A stretch of DNA of 63,997 bases, counting the filler, from Malassezia furfur (taxonomy: Eukaryota): NCBI GenBank assembly GCA_052055015.1. It is 3 parts of 3 records of this genome, joined end to end, with 100 filler letters (N's around TTAATTAATTAA, not from the genome) between each part and the next. Parts side by side here need not be neighbours in the genome. Positions count along the whole stretch, not along the records: positions 23,133 to 45,793 come from JBQJIT010000155.1; 2 more parts are not named here. One strand, written 5' to 3'. The position numbers were made by a program, and so were the translations under genes. Positions 25,361 to 36,972 of the stretch are shown here, in pieces. Within the stretch, counting starts at the first letter, position 1. Every line of letters starts with the position of its first letter. The notes under the pieces are model-generated. The model was not told where the DNA came from. It ran no database searches and saw only the letters and a program-made list of their open reading frames with translations.

Positions 25361-26227
25361 ATGGCGGCCGGCGACGCGGCGCGGCGGCGCGTCTTCCGGC
25401 AGCTGCTGCGCGCCGCCTCGGCGTCGGTGCGCTTTGCGCGGCCGGCGGCGCGGAGCGTGCGCAAGCTGGTGCGCGAGGACTTCGAGCACGCGACACCTGC
25501 GCTCGACGTGCCGCAACCTACGCTCACCTTGTTCCTGCTGTCGGCGCTCTACGAGCGCCCCATCGTACAGCCCGCGCAGCGCGGCGCACCCGTATGGCGC
25601 CCGGACAGCGACTCGGATGCAGCGCGCCTCGCGCATCGCTGCGTCGCGAACCTCGCGTCGCTCACCTACCACCACCTGTCGCCCAACACCGCTATGCAGC
25701 GCAAGCGCGCCGGTGGGTCGAGCACCAGCACGGCGCCGCGCAAGCAGTCGGTGGTGAACGAGGCGTTTGCCGAGATGGATGCGGGCACCACAGACACCGC
25801 CGGGGGGATGCACCTGCACGTCCTGCACGTCGCGCCCAAGCCGGTGCGCGGACCGGTGGGATCGAAGCCGATGTACTGGGACGCGCAGCACCCCGAAAAG
25901 CACCTCGCGAACGTCGAGGACCACGGAGAGATGGAGCGGCTCGAGCGCCATGTCGAGGAGCTCGCTGAGCAGCACGCGACCCTCGTTGCGCAGCTCGGCG
26001 CGGCGCATGCACAGACCAAGGCGGCCAAGACGAAGCTGGTCGACCTGCGCGGCTCGCTCAAAGGCATGCGCAAGATGGCCGCTAATCGGCGCACAGAGGC
26101 CGTGCTGGCGCAGTGCCCCAAAGATGCGCTCGTCGATGTCGTGAAAGGCCTCGCGCATGCCGAGCGGCTGTGCCTCGGCGTGCCGCGATGGCAGCGCTGG
26201 CGCGATGGTGGGTACTTGGCTCCATAG
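25361..26227 (+). CDS. Hypothetical fungal protein, possibly DUF1763-like
   Basis: 288-aa ORF filling the space between CRN1 and DPH5; N-terminal FRQLLRAASASVRFARPAARSVRKLVREDF and LAHRCVANL patterns resemble DUF1763 from memory. Confidence 0.7.
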   Translation: MAAGDAARRRVFRQLLRAASASVRFARPAARSVRKLVREDFEHATPALDVPQPTLTLFLLSALYERPIVQPAQRGAPVWRPDSDSDAARLAHRCVANLASLTYHHLSPNTAMQRKRAGGSSTSTAPRKQSVVNEAFAEMDAGTTDTAGGMHLHVLHVAPKPVRGPVGSKPMYWDAQHPEKHLANVEDHGEMERLERHVEELAEQHATLVAQLGAAHAQTKAAKTKLVDLRGSLKGMRKMAANRRTEAVLAQCPKDALVDVVKGLAHAERLCLGVPRWQRWRDGGYLAP

Positions 26228-26230
26228 AAT

Positions 26231-27310
26231 CTATGTACGACAGTGGTACACCTGCTCCGCGACCTCGGTCCACCGGCTGCCCGGCTGCGTCAGGGAGTTG
26301 CCGTAGGCGACCTCCATGGGGTGCAGCCGGGAACCGACCAGAATCAGGGTATGCAGCGGCTCGCCCCAGAACGCGATGGCGCGGCGCACGGCGCGCGCCT
26401 CGCGGCGCTCGTCCATCTCCTTCTCGCTCGCGGTCGGGTTCTCCTCCTCGTACGCCTCGTCCTCTGCCTCATCCTCCTTGCGCTGCTCGGCGGTCGGCTC
26501 GGTGTACGAGAGGAGCTCGCCAAGCGTCCCCGCGACAATCATCTCGCCACGCCGCTCGCCGTCCGGCTCGGCGCCCATACGGCACAGCGCAATGGCGAGC
26601 GTGCGGTCGGGGTCGAGGTAGTCGACCTTGTGCTCCTTGGCGGCCGCCAGCAGCTGCCGGATCAGCTGGGGGATGAGCATGTACCGAGGCGGCTGGTAGC
26701 GCACGATCCCGCTATGGTCAGTGTGCGCACACGCGCATACGTACCGGCTCATATCCTCAATGCTCTGCTCACGCACTTTGATGTCGCTCAGGCACAGCGT
26801 GTGCAGCCCAATGTTCATGTTTTCGCCGATGCGCTCAAGCCACGAGTCCGGGCGCCAGTCCTCGGTCCAGAACGGCACACTGATCGTCTGCCCAAAGTTG
26901 TATCCCGCGAGCCCGCTCGAGCCCAGCGCGGTCGTAATGCTCGCGTTGTGGATGATGCGCACGTCGACGGGCGTCGGCACCTCCGAGCCCGGTGCCTGGA
27001 ACGAGCGCGCGCGCAGAATCAAATCCGAGTGCGTCGTCGCAGACAGCGGGTCGCCGACGACCAGGAACGCGACGTTGCTCTTATGCGCGTGGAGTAGGAT
27101 GTCGTCGGCCTCGAGCTCGACCGTCTCGCGGTGCGCCAGCGTCACTTCCTTGCCATAAAGCGCCTCCATGCGCTTCTTAAAGTCGCCTACCAGCAGAATG
27201 CTCGTGTACGACTCGAGGTAGACCTTGTCGCACGACTGCACGGCCCGCAGGCCCTTGAGCGTGATGTCGTTCTCATCGGCGAGGCCCAGGCCGATCAGAA
27301 AAAGTGTCAT
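26231..27310 (-). CDS. DPH5: Diphthine methyl ester synthase; 33-nt in-frame intron at 26712-26744
   Basis: MTLFLIGLGLADENDITLKGL, VYLESYTS, AFLVVGDPLSATTHSDL, YNFGQTISVPF, GLHTLCLSDIKVREQS. Confidence 0.95.
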   Translation of the reverse strand: MTLFLIGLGLADENDITLKGLRAVQSCDKVYLESYTSILLVGDFKKRMEALYGKEVTLAHRETVELEADDILLHAHKSNVAFLVVGDPLSATTHSDLILRARSFQAPGSEVPTPVDVRIIHNASITTALGSSGLAGYNFGQTISVPFWTEDWRPDSWLERIGENMNIGLHTLCLSDIKVREQSIEDMSRYVCACAHTDHSGIVRYQPPRYMLIPQLIRQLLAAAKEHKVDYLDPDRTLAIALCRMGAEPDGERRGEMIVAGTLGELLSYTEPTAEQRKEDEAEDEAYEEENPTASEKEMDERREARAVRRAIAFWGEPLHTLILVGSRLHPMEVAYGNSLTQPGSRWTEVAEQVYHCRT

Positions 27311-27366
27311 GGTGGAGAAAGCGTCCAATTTCGCGCCTCCACACCGACGGCTTCGTGGTGTTCGTC

Positions 27367-29439
27367 ATGGCAACGTCGCGCCTGCGGCGCAAGTTGGAGC
27401 GCGATGGCGCGCCGACGCACGTCAATTTCGGCGAGAGCTTCGTCAAGGTATGCTGCCCGTCTGACCCAGTTTGGCACACCGCTACCTGCTGCCAATGACT
27501 CGCGCAAGGACAAGAACGAGCTGAAACCGCTCTGGGAGCAAGAGGTGCGTGCGCGCGCTAACGCCAGGCCTACGACGAGCGCGGACGGCGGCGCTTCCAC
27601 GGCGCATTTACGGGCGGCTTCTCCGCCGGATACTTCAACACCGTCGGGTCTAAGGAGGGATGGACGCCGTCGTCGTTCCGGTCGTCGCGCAAGTCGCGTG
27701 CGACGGCGTCGGAGCAGCGCCCCGAGGACTTTATGGACGAAGAGGACCTTGCCGAGCTGCAACGCGAGTCGAAGCTGAGCACCACGGATGCGTATGGGAG
27801 CGCAGCATCACAGGACCCGTTTGCAGAGATCGTCGACCGCAGTGCGACCGACACCGTCCAAGCGAGTTCGTCGCAGATGGGCCAAAACCTGTTGCGCCGG
27901 ATGGGCTGGAAACCCGGCCAGGGCATCGGCCCGCTGGTGTCGTACTCACAGCGAGAGCACCTCGTTGCGCTGCTGCAATCGCTGCACCTTGTGCCCCCGC
28001 GTGCGTCTGAGCCCGAGCACAGCGAAGCGGCGCGACACAAATTCCCCCCGCCGGATACCCAACTTGTGCAGGTGGCCGACAACCGCGATAAGCGAGGCCT
28101 CGGCTCGGCCACTAGCAGCTCGGCACTGCAGGACGCGCTACAGCGCTTCCATGGCGAAAAGGCACAGCGCGCGATCGGCATGTCGGGCATGGACTCAGAC
28201 GACGAGGACCATGTGTACAGCGCACCGCAAGATATCCGTGACTCGACGCTGGCGTCGCGACACGACACGCTGCGGCTCGGCGAGAAGGCGACGCCGACCG
28301 AGGCGCCGGCGCTGGCGCCCGACCAGACCTGGCATGATGGGCGGCCGCTCATCAAAGGCTTTGTCAAGGGGGACGACGCTGTGGAGACGAATACGACTTG
28401 GTACGTGCCGCACTGACCCAGGTTTGATCCACCCAGCGTACCCGCAGATTGGGCGCCTGATCCACGCCGTGTGTGGACCAAGTCAGAGGCGGCACCGGCG
28501 CCGGAGAAGCCGCGCGATGCGGCACACCGCGGCCGGATGCTGGGCGAGGCGAAACTGCCGGGGCCGCCGCCGGTCATTACCGCGTACCTGAGCGAGCAGG
28601 CCGCTAAGCGCGTGCAGACCCGGGCGGCCCAGGACGAGGAAGCACATGCACGTCCCCTGACGGTGCATCCGCTCGAGCCTGACACGGCGGTGCGTGCGCT
28701 CGAGGCATTTGTACCCGTCGGCGCCGACGCTGCGAAACAGTCGCGGTACAGGGCGTACCTGGAAGCCTACATTGCGCACCGCAGCTATACACCGCCGGAC
28801 GGCATTGAGCACATTCAGGAGGAGCTGGACGAGTTCTACGAGACCGCACAGCGCTACCGTCCGATCCAGGGCGCCATGGCCAACCGCTTCACGTCGAGCA
28901 GCATCCTGCAGGCCGATACGCCGGCACAGGGCGGCTTTCTTCCCCGCGAAGCCGCGCAGCCGAAAACGGAGGCGCCACTCGAGGACGCCACGCCACGCAC
29001 GCCTGCACAGCAGGCTGCGCGCGAAGGTGCGTTTGGCGATCGCACACGCACTATCTGCCGCTGGAATCCGCCGCGGCTGCTGTGCAAGCGCCTCGGCGTC
29101 GATCCGCCGCACCCCGAGCAGAGCGAGAACGAGATGGAGCACATCCTGCAGAAGTTTGGCGCAGATACGCCCGCGCCCACCGCGGCACGCGAGCCGTCTC
29201 CGGCGCCAGCGTTTGTGTTTGCGCCGCCCAGCGAGGCGGCCGAGAAGGCACAGGAGGCCGCACTGACGGAGGAGCGGCCGCCGTTGGACCTGTTCAAGGC
29301 CGTGTTTGCGTCCGACTCGGAGGACGACGAGGTGCCGGCGCCCGTGCCGCTCAAGCGCAAGCCCGACGCGGCCAAACCGAAGAAAAAGGCCAAAGGCGCG
29401 CGGGTGGGACCGCTGACCTTCGACCCTGACGACCTGTAG
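27367..29439 (+). CDS. GPATCH1: G-patch domain protein 1 (DUF1604 plus G-patch), splicing-associated; introns 27448-27469, 27545-27567 and 28401-28421
   Basis: RRFHGAFTGGFSAGYFNTVGSKEGWTP; QRPEDFMDEED; G-patch MGQNLLRRMGWKPGQGIG; WNPPRLLCKRLGV; RPPLDLFKAVF. Confidence 0.88.
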
Positions 29440-29483
29440 CTGGATCACCGATCGCCACGTGGATAGTCTTCTTCCCCGCAACG

Positions 29484-30581
29484 ATGGACAAAGGCAAGCA
29501 GGCGAGCCGTGGCGGCGGCGAGGAGCGCTCCGCGCGCCCCTCGGGCAGCGGAGGCCTCGGCGAGGAGCTGCGCAGCGTGCTCGCCAACCAGGGGAAAGGC
29601 ACGAGCAGCGCCGGTGGCGCACAGATGCACGAGGCGATGCAGGACCTGTCGCTGCACGAGGCGCCCAGCGCGCAGCGCGCCTCGTTCCGGCAGGCGTCCG
29701 GGCGGACACGCACCCCGACCGCCGTGGATGACGAGTACGCTGCATTCCAGCGGGGGCAGGCCTCCGCACAGCCCCAGCGCGCCGAGCACTTCGACACGCC
29801 GCGCGCGAATGCCGACATGATGGAACAAGCGTGGCAGTCGTCCGTGGGCGGCGCGCGTGCCCCGGTTGTGACACGCGCGCCCGCACCTCCCGAGGCCCAG
29901 ACGCATGTGAATGCCCAGGACGATGCGTCCAACTTTCTCGCGGCAGTGGATGCGGCCGAGCGCGAGACGAAGCCAGAGGAGCCTACGCCGGTGTCGGCAA
30001 TGCCTGGCGTGCGCCTGACGCGCGAGTGGCGTCCGCCGTCGCCATCTCACGGCACGGAGCTCACCGAGGAGCAACAGGCGATGCACGAGCGCCTCGCGCG
30101 GCTACAGACTGGTGTCGACACCGATCAACCGTACCGCCAGGCCGAAGCCTATGTGCCGCCCGCCGACGACGCGGCGCTGGGCGAGGGCGTGTATGCGCCG
30201 ACGCCCGAGCAGGCGCTCGCGAGTGTGTGGGACGCCCAGGAGACACGCGCGGCCCACGTTGCGCAGTTCCGTGAGTACGAAAAAACCAAGCCGGTGAGTG
30301 GCCCTTCGTATACCCGCGTCCGGGGCCAAGAGGTGGTCGACCACCTCCGAGGCTGGCTCGTGCGTGCGGGGTACACGGACGATGTCTATGGTCTGCCCCC
30401 CCTCGTCGCCAAGACGTTCGGCGAGGCGACCACCGAGGCGACCACCGAGCTGGACGAAGAGCGGCGCGCCAAGGCGATCCGCAGGCTCGACGCGCTCTAC
30501 CGGCACCTGTCCGCGCCTGGGCACCGCGTCGAGAACGCGCGGAATGAGATGGAGAGCTGGTTGCAAAAACATAGCGCCTAA
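29484..30581 (+). CDS. Hypothetical protein
   Basis: 365-aa ATG-initiated ORF filling the interval between GPATCH1 and MYG1 with coding-like composition; no family recognised. Confidence 0.72.
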   Translation: MDKGKQASRGGGEERSARPSGSGGLGEELRSVLANQGKGTSSAGGAQMHEAMQDLSLHEAPSAQRASFRQASGRTRTPTAVDDEYAAFQRGQASAQPQRAEHFDTPRANADMMEQAWQSSVGGARAPVVTRAPAPPEAQTHVNAQDDASNFLAAVDAAERETKPEEPTPVSAMPGVRLTREWRPPSPSHGTELTEEQQAMHERLARLQTGVDTDQPYRQAEAYVPPADDAALGEGVYAPTPEQALASVWDAQETRAAHVAQFREYEKTKPVSGPSYTRVRGQEVVDHLRGWLVRAGYTDDVYGLPPLVAKTFGEATTEATTELDEERRAKAIRRLDALYRHLSAPGHRVENARNEMESWLQKHSA

Positions 30582-30582
30582 T

Positions 30583-31608
30583 CTACATATCGAGGGCCTT
30601 GGTCGCCATGGCCAGCGCGCCGTCCTTGGTCGCATTGCCGCCGATGAAGCCCGACTGGTGCACAAACACACACTCCGGGATGCCCGACAGCTCGCTGAGC
30701 TGCGCGTCGCGGATGCCGCGCCATGCCTCGGGCAGCGCCTTACGGCTCTCGAAGCTCTCGCTGTTCACCGGCACGGCCTGCACTCGCCACTTGCCCGACT
30801 CGTCCGGGTACACGACGTAGAGCGGCTTTTCCTCCTCGGGGATCTCGAAGGCAGTCTCGAGGTCGTAGATGTGCCCCTTCCAGCCAACCGCGCGGTCAAA
30901 CAGCAGGATGCGACCCTGCGCATCGGCGCCCTCGAACGATTTCCGGTCCTTGAGTACCTGGACGACAATGTCGCGCGCCGGGAGCCATGCGTACAGCGCA
31001 TCGTTCACGCGGTCGAAGAACTCGCCGCCGGCCATCGCCGACGCGCGGCGGAAGCGCGCGAGCAGATCGGCGTCGTCAAACGGCTCGTTCCAGCGCGGGT
31101 TCATGAAACCGACGCGCGACGACAGGTCGGTGCGCGACTTGTACGCCGGCTCGCCGGCTGCGTCCGGATAGAGGGCGATGCCGTTGTCGATCGCGTCAAT
31201 GGCCTCGACAAAGTCATCGTACATCTTTTTGTGGAGCAGCGGGACGCGCTCGTCGGACACGTCGACGTTCATGTGCGCCGCGAGAATGTCCTGGCCAAAG
31301 TGCTTCCACACGAGGCCGGCGCTGCTGAGCTTCGTCTTGTGCTCGGCGTCAAAGGTCTCGAAGAAGCCGCGCTGGTGGTGGTCGTAGCGGTGCTGCTCCG
31401 GCACATACTCTGCGCCGACGTCCACGACGATGGTGCCCTTGGCGATCTCGGCCGCGTCGCGCGTGCGCACGAGGTCGGCGTTGGCGAGCTGCGGCAGTTT
31501 TTGCAAGAGGTTTACGGCGAGCGCATCGTCCGCGTGGAACGTGCCCGAGTGCGTGACGATCACCGGGCGCGCGTCAGTGTCGAGCTTGATGCGTTTGGCG
31601 TCCGACAT
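30583..31608 (-). CDS. MYG1: MYG1 exonuclease (UPF0160); possible non-AUG extension to about 31662
   Basis: THSGTFHADDALA, VVDVGAEY, YDHHQRGF, KLSSAGLVWKHFG, FVHQSGFIGGN. Confidence 0.93.
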   Translation of the reverse strand: MSDAKRIKLDTDARPVIVTHSGTFHADDALAVNLLQKLPQLANADLVRTRDAAEIAKGTIVVDVGAEYVPEQHRYDHHQRGFFETFDAEHKTKLSSAGLVWKHFGQDILAAHMNVDVSDERVPLLHKKMYDDFVEAIDAIDNGIALYPDAAGEPAYKSRTDLSSRVGFMNPRWNEPFDDADLLARFRRASAMAGGEFFDRVNDALYAWLPARDIVVQVLKDRKSFEGADAQGRILLFDRAVGWKGHIYDLETAFEIPEEEKPLYVVYPDESGKWRVQAVPVNSESFESRKALPEAWRGIRDAQLSELSGIPECVFVHQSGFIGGNATKDGALAMATKALDM

Positions 31609-31777
31609 TCGAAGGGTGCGCAGCGAGTGTCTGAGCGTCGAGAGCGTCGTCCAGCCGCGAATGATGGACAAACGGTGGAGGCGTTTCTACTACGTTCGAG
31701 ATCGTGCTGACTCAGCCGAATTTGGGGGCGGGCAGTATGAAAAGCGCGCTGCACACGCCAAGCGCACGACACACACC

Positions 31778-33328
31778 ATGACGACGCAACGGAACGACCC
31801 GCATTTCCGCCCCATCGGCGAGTACGCCGAGGCGCAGGACAAGAATGACGACGAGGTCGGCAAGCCGATTGAGGAAATCGAGTCGCTGTGCATGCGCTGC
31901 GGCGAGCAGGGCATCACACGACTCCTGCCGACCTACATCCCCTACTTTAAGGAGGTGATTGTGATGAGCTTCTCGTGCCCGCACTGTGGCGAGCGCAACA
32001 GCGAGATCCAGAGTGCCGGCGAGATCCAGCCGAAGGGCTGCACCTACACCATCCACGTCACGAACAAGAAGGACCTGGACCGCCAGCTGATCAAGTCGGA
32101 GTTCTGCACGCTCAGTGTGCCCGAGCTCGAGCTGCAGATCCCCGCGAAGCGTGGGCAAATCACCACGATCGAGGGCGTGCTGAACGATACGCTGCGCGAC
32201 CTCGAGCTCGACCAGCCGCTGCGCAAGCACATGCAGCCGGAGGTGTACGAGAAGATCGAGAGCATCTGCGACCGCCTGCGCGAGATCCTGGGCGAGCACC
32301 GCGTCGAGGATGCGCCGGCGCCCGAGGAGGGCGCGGCAGAGACGGGTACGATGCGCTCGCTCGGCCCCGTTGGTGCTCGGCACGAGGAGGATGAGGGTGC
32401 GGACACGCGTCAGTTCCGGCCCTTCAAGCTGGGCCTCGACGACCCGTCGGGCAACAGCTTTGTCGAGTACACCGGCCCGATCGAGAGCGGGGGTGGCGCG
32501 GACAACAAGTGGAGCAAGCGCGACTATGCGCGGACGAAGGAGCAGAACATCCTGCTTGGTCTGCTGGCCGACCCCGACGCGCCGAACAAGCCGGCCGACG
32601 CAGTGGGCGGTGGCGGCCTGAGTAAGGAGCTGGGCGAGACCGAGTTTGAGAACGAGGAGATCTTCTCGTTCGCCGGGACGTGCTCGAGCTGCAACGCGCC
32701 GATCCAGACACTGATGAAGAAGGTGAACATCCCGTACTTCAAAGACATTGTGATCATGTCGACCAACTGTGACCGGTGTGGCTACCGCGACAACGAGGTC
32801 AAGTCTGGCGCGGCCATCTCCGAGACCGGGCGCAAGCTGACGCTGCAGGTGAACGACAGCGAGGACCTGTCGCGCGACATCCTCAAGTCGGACACGGCCG
32901 GTCTGTCGATCCCCGAGATCGACCTGCACCTGTCGCCCGGCACGCTGGGCGGCCGCTTCACCACGCTCGAGGGTCTGCTGCAGAGCGTGTACGACGAGCT
33001 GTACGAAAAGGTGCTCATGCGCGGCGACTCGGCGAACGTGAGTGACGTGAACAAGTTTGAAGGCTTCCTCGGCAAGCTCAAGCGCGCCATCAGCGCCGAG
33101 GCGTGTCCCTTCACGCTGATCCTCGACGACCCGCTCGCGAACAGCTACATCCAGAACCCGTACGCGCCCGACGAGGACGAGCAGCTCAAGGTGGAGAACT
33201 ACGAGCGGACCTTTGAGCAGAACGAGGAGCTCGGCCTGAACGACATCCAGGTCGAGGGCTACGAGCAGGAGGACGGCGAGAAGAAGGCCGACGAGGCGCC
33301 TGCGCCGGCGGCGGCGCCCGTGCCGTGA
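31778..33328 (+). CDS. ZPR1: Zinc finger protein ZPR1 (eEF1A chaperone)
   Basis: Two ZPR1 modules: CMRC...IPYFKEVIVMSFSCPHC and CSSC...CDRCGYRDNEVKSG; DDPSGNS and DDPLANS. Confidence 0.96.
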   Translation: MTTQRNDPHFRPIGEYAEAQDKNDDEVGKPIEEIESLCMRCGEQGITRLLPTYIPYFKEVIVMSFSCPHCGERNSEIQSAGEIQPKGCTYTIHVTNKKDLDRQLIKSEFCTLSVPELELQIPAKRGQITTIEGVLNDTLRDLELDQPLRKHMQPEVYEKIESICDRLREILGEHRVEDAPAPEEGAAETGTMRSLGPVGARHEEDEGADTRQFRPFKLGLDDPSGNSFVEYTGPIESGGGADNKWSKRDYARTKEQNILLGLLADPDAPNKPADAVGGGGLSKELGETEFENEEIFSFAGTCSSCNAPIQTLMKKVNIPYFKDIVIMSTNCDRCGYRDNEVKSGAAISETGRKLTLQVNDSEDLSRDILKSDTAGLSIPEIDLHLSPGTLGGRFTTLEGLLQSVYDELYEKVLMRGDSANVSDVNKFEGFLGKLKRAISAEACPFTLILDDPLANSYIQNPYAPDEDEQLKVENYERTFEQNEELGLNDIQVEGYEQEDGEKKADEAPAPAAAPVP

Positions 33329-33377
33329 GCGCCTGGGCTTGTGTAGAATGTGCTGTATAGTGTACTAGGAAACCATG

Positions 33378-34999
33378 CTACTCCATCGCGATGTGGTTCC
33401 GTGGCCAGAGCGACGCGCGCCAGGCGTCGAGGCGCTCCGCCACGCGGCGCACGCGGCGCACAATGAGCACGAGCGAGACGAGCACGGCCACGGCGCACCC
33501 CACCGTCGTCCAGACGAACACGGTGCGGTAGCAGTCCTCGCCCTTGAGGCAGCGGTGGATGTGCTTGCCCGCGGGCACGTTGGAGTCGTACACGATGCCG
33601 AACAGCAGATTGTACACGTTGCCGCCCAGCACCGGGCTCAGACTCATGAAGCCCCAGTTGAGCGAAAAGGAGCGGATGCCGAACCACTCAAACACGAGCA
33701 CGGGCCCGAGTCCAAAGAGCGTGCCGTACATCAGGCCGGTGGTCGACGAGACGAGTAGGAGGCGGTGCACGTTGGTGATGGTGTTGGGCCACGCCGCAAG
33801 GCCCTGCGACACGACGGCCATGAGCGTGACCGGGAGGAGGAGCAGCGTGCGGAACGTCGGGTCCTTGGAGTGCTCGACGAGGTAGTCGGACACCAGGCCG
33901 ATCAAAAAGCGCCCGCTCGCGTTGCCGAGGCTGATGCACGACACCTGGAGTGACTGGATGCGCTGGATCTCGAGCTTTTCGCTCTGGTGCTTGGCGACGT
34001 GGAGGAGCGCATCGCCGGCCTCGTCGTGCACGTTGTAGTCCCACAGCGCGCGCGTGATGGTGCCGACGTTGTTGATGAGCAGCAGCCCCGCGCCCGACAC
34101 GAGCCCGACGATGGTAAACAGCAGGAAAAAGTCGGGCTCGTACAGCAGCTGCAGGCCGGTGACGTTGTGGTCGTGCGCCGACGGCTCGTCAAAGGGGTCG
34201 TTGGCATCGCCCTCGTTCGCCTCCTGCTCGTTCATGTCGTCCAACCACGCGTACACCCGCGCATTCACCTCGGACGACGAGCGGGGGCGCCGCGGGCGCG
34301 GGCGCGACGTCTCCTCACCGTCGGTGCCTGCGTCGGCGACGCGCTGATAACGCCCGCGCTGCACGGATCCCTCCTCGTCGTCCTCCTCCGTCTCGTTCGG
34401 GGGAATGATCTTGAGCATCGCAAGGCCCACGAGGAAGCTCGCGCAGCTGCCGAACGCGAGCATGTCGAGGTAGCCGGTGGTGTTCCCGGCGAAGAAGACG
34501 TGCGAGATAGTCGAGTAGACGAGTGCGCTCAGGCCGAACGCCGATAACACGGTAGCCATCGCGGTGCCGCGGCGGCTGCCGCCCCACGACTTGGCCTGCA
34601 CGTTGATGGCCGAGTTGTTCCCCGCCGAGTTGCCCAGGCCGGTCATCAGCATAAACACGGCGAGGAGCGCGACGGGGACCTCGTTCCACTCGTTTTTGTA
34701 CGCGCGCGAGAGCATGCCGTACCCGAAGAGCACGAGCAGGGCGCCGGACGAGACCGCGCTGTGTGAGTCGTTCCTACGCACCCCCGTGGCCCCATGCGGT
34801 CGATCCAGTGGCCCCAGATAGGCCCCGAAATGTACATGCCCAGGTTGCCCGCGAGACCGAGCACGTTGAGCTGCGTGCTGGTGAGGTGCAGCACGTCCTG
34901 GAGCTGCGGCGCATACGTGCTAAATGCATATGTGCTGCCTGCCGACAGCGCAATCAGCACGGAGCCCAGCAGCGAGACCAGGCGGCGTCCGTGCGACAT
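33378..34999 (-). CDS. MFS transporter, Mch1/nodulin-like; 23-nt intron at 34759-34781
   Basis: SAGSTYAFSTYAPQL, GPIWGHWIDRMGPR, INNVGT, GRFLIGLVSD, FGIRSFSLNWG, GEDCY. Confidence 0.88.
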
Positions 35000-35064
35000 G
35001 GCGTGTAGACGCAGGGACGTGGGCACCGGCCACGTGCGCGTGGGCAGGGCGCCCTTCCTTCTCC
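35000..35064. promoter_or_regulatory. 65-nt bidirectional promoter (MFS/DHHC) with a central CACGTG
   Basis: Divergent ATGs at 34999 and 35065; CACGTG at 35031-35036. Confidence 0.55.
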
Positions 35065-36805
35065 ATGCGGGCTGCACCGTGGCAAGCGTGCTTTAGGCGC
35101 GCCGGCATCGGCGCGTCGGAGCGCGTACAGCCCGTGGATCCGTGGGCGCAGGCGCCACCACGTCCTGAGCCGCTCTTCTTCAAGTATGGCAACGTCGCCA
35201 TCATCATCTTCTCTATTCTGTGGACGTGCGCCATGTACCTCTGGCGCCTCTGCTACCCTATGCTCGCCGAGCGCCCGAGCGCGCTTGGGAGCCGCGCGCT
35301 CGGCATCGTGCTGCTGGTGCTGTTCCTCCTTCTGTGGGGCCTGAGTACGTGACCGCCTGCCTGACCCAGCAACGTGGAGCTATGTCCGAGTGATTACCGT
35401 CACGCCGGGGTACGTCGCCGACCTCGTCCCGGAACGCGAGGCGCCCAACGTGCACGTCGAAATGCACAGCGCGCCTGCGCCTGCACCGCGCCCTGCGTCG
35501 CCGCTCGCGATCCAGGTCCCGGCGCGCGGCGCCCACGCCGCCGAGGAAGAGGTGAGCAGCGTCCGCAATACACAGCCTTTCACGCCGCTCGACGAGCGCA
35601 CGCGGCCCAGCACACTGAGCAGCTCGTACGAGCACCCCATGGCACGCTCGCGCCCGCCGACGCCCGAGCAGAACGTGTCGGTGATGCCTGCAGCCGACTT
35701 TGGCGCGCTGCTACCCCACTTTCCGCATCCCGGTCGGCATGCACACGAGTCGGAGGCCGAGGAGGTTGTGCCGCCCGCGAAGCCGCTCACGGGCTCGCCG
35801 CTCGAAACGTTCAGCGTAGACCACCGCTCCGCGCACGAGAGCGAGAGCCGGCACCCGTCGCCGCGCAAGATGGGCGAGCCGCGGCGTATCCCGCAAAACC
35901 CGCCGCTGTTTGACCCAGCAGAGCTGTACTGCCAGCGGTGCCAGCGGCCGCGCCCGCCGCGCGCGCACCACTGCCGGCGGTGTGGGAAGTGTGTGCTACG
36001 CATGGACCACCACTGCCCGTGGGTCGGCCGGTGCATCGGCGCACAAAACTACCGCTTCTACATCAACACGGTGTTTTGGGCCGCGGTGTTTACGACGTAT
36101 ACCCTCGTGAGCATCGCCGTGCTCTTTGCGCGCGGCGTGCGGTCGCAGTCCCCGGGGGGTTGGGCGCGCTCCATCCATGACTGGGACGTCGACGGATGGC
36201 TCATCAGCGTGCTGGTGATGTCCTTCTTCTTCTTTTTGTTTACATGCAGCTTGCTGGTGATCCACGTGCAGCTCAGCATGCACAACCTCACTTCGGTCGA
36301 GCAGCGCGCGATCAACACGGAGCGCAGCATCGAGGGCGCCCTTCTGCGCCGCTACTACTCGGACAACGGCGAGGGCACCACGCTCGGCCATGGGCCGCTC
36401 GGCGTGTGGCGCCGCCTGCGCGCACGGCGCGAGCTGCTGCGCAAATGGAACGAGCATTGGGGAGCGTTTTCGACCAAGGGCAACCCGTGGTGGATCGGCA
36501 GCCGCGCCGAGCTCGCGTACGCGGCCGACTCGCCCCAGGCGTACCAGCGCGCGGCGAACCTCGAAAAGACGCTGGGGCTCGAGCCGAGCGAGTCGGTGGC
36601 GCACATTGTGCCCGCGACGGCGCGCACGTTGTGGTCGACGAGCCCACTGCTCAACATGGAGCTGAGCATCGGCAAGCCATGGACGTGGCTTTTGCCGCTC
36701 GGCCGCCCAGACCGCACGTACGGCGTGCACTTTGCGCTCAATCCGCGGTACAATGACCGCGGCGAGTGGCTACCCCGCCCACAGTGGCCCGACGTCGCGT
36801 CATGA
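35065..36805 (+). CDS. DHHC palmitoyltransferase; 25-nt intron at 35345-35369
   Basis: YCQRCQRPRPPRAHHCRRCGKCVLRMDHHCPWVGRCIGAQNYRFY; splicing restores WGLTTWSYVRVITVTPGY. Confidence 0.92.
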
Positions 36806-36972
36806 GGCGCAGTGAGCGGGTATGTATGTATGTGCGGCGCCAAGATACCCCACCCCAACGGCCCGCCGGCGCATCTGTAGTATGTAGGAAGCCACCGCCG
36901 CGACGAGCGCTGCTACGCCCGGACCGTGCGCAGCGAGGCGCGCCGCGCGCGCCGCACGTGACCACAGCCGCC

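Noticed and set aside
23590..25968. Apparent 792-aa coronin fusion ORF
   Set aside because: It reads through the 23-nt intron at 25254-25276; the spliced stop is at 25328 and a separate gene starts at 25361
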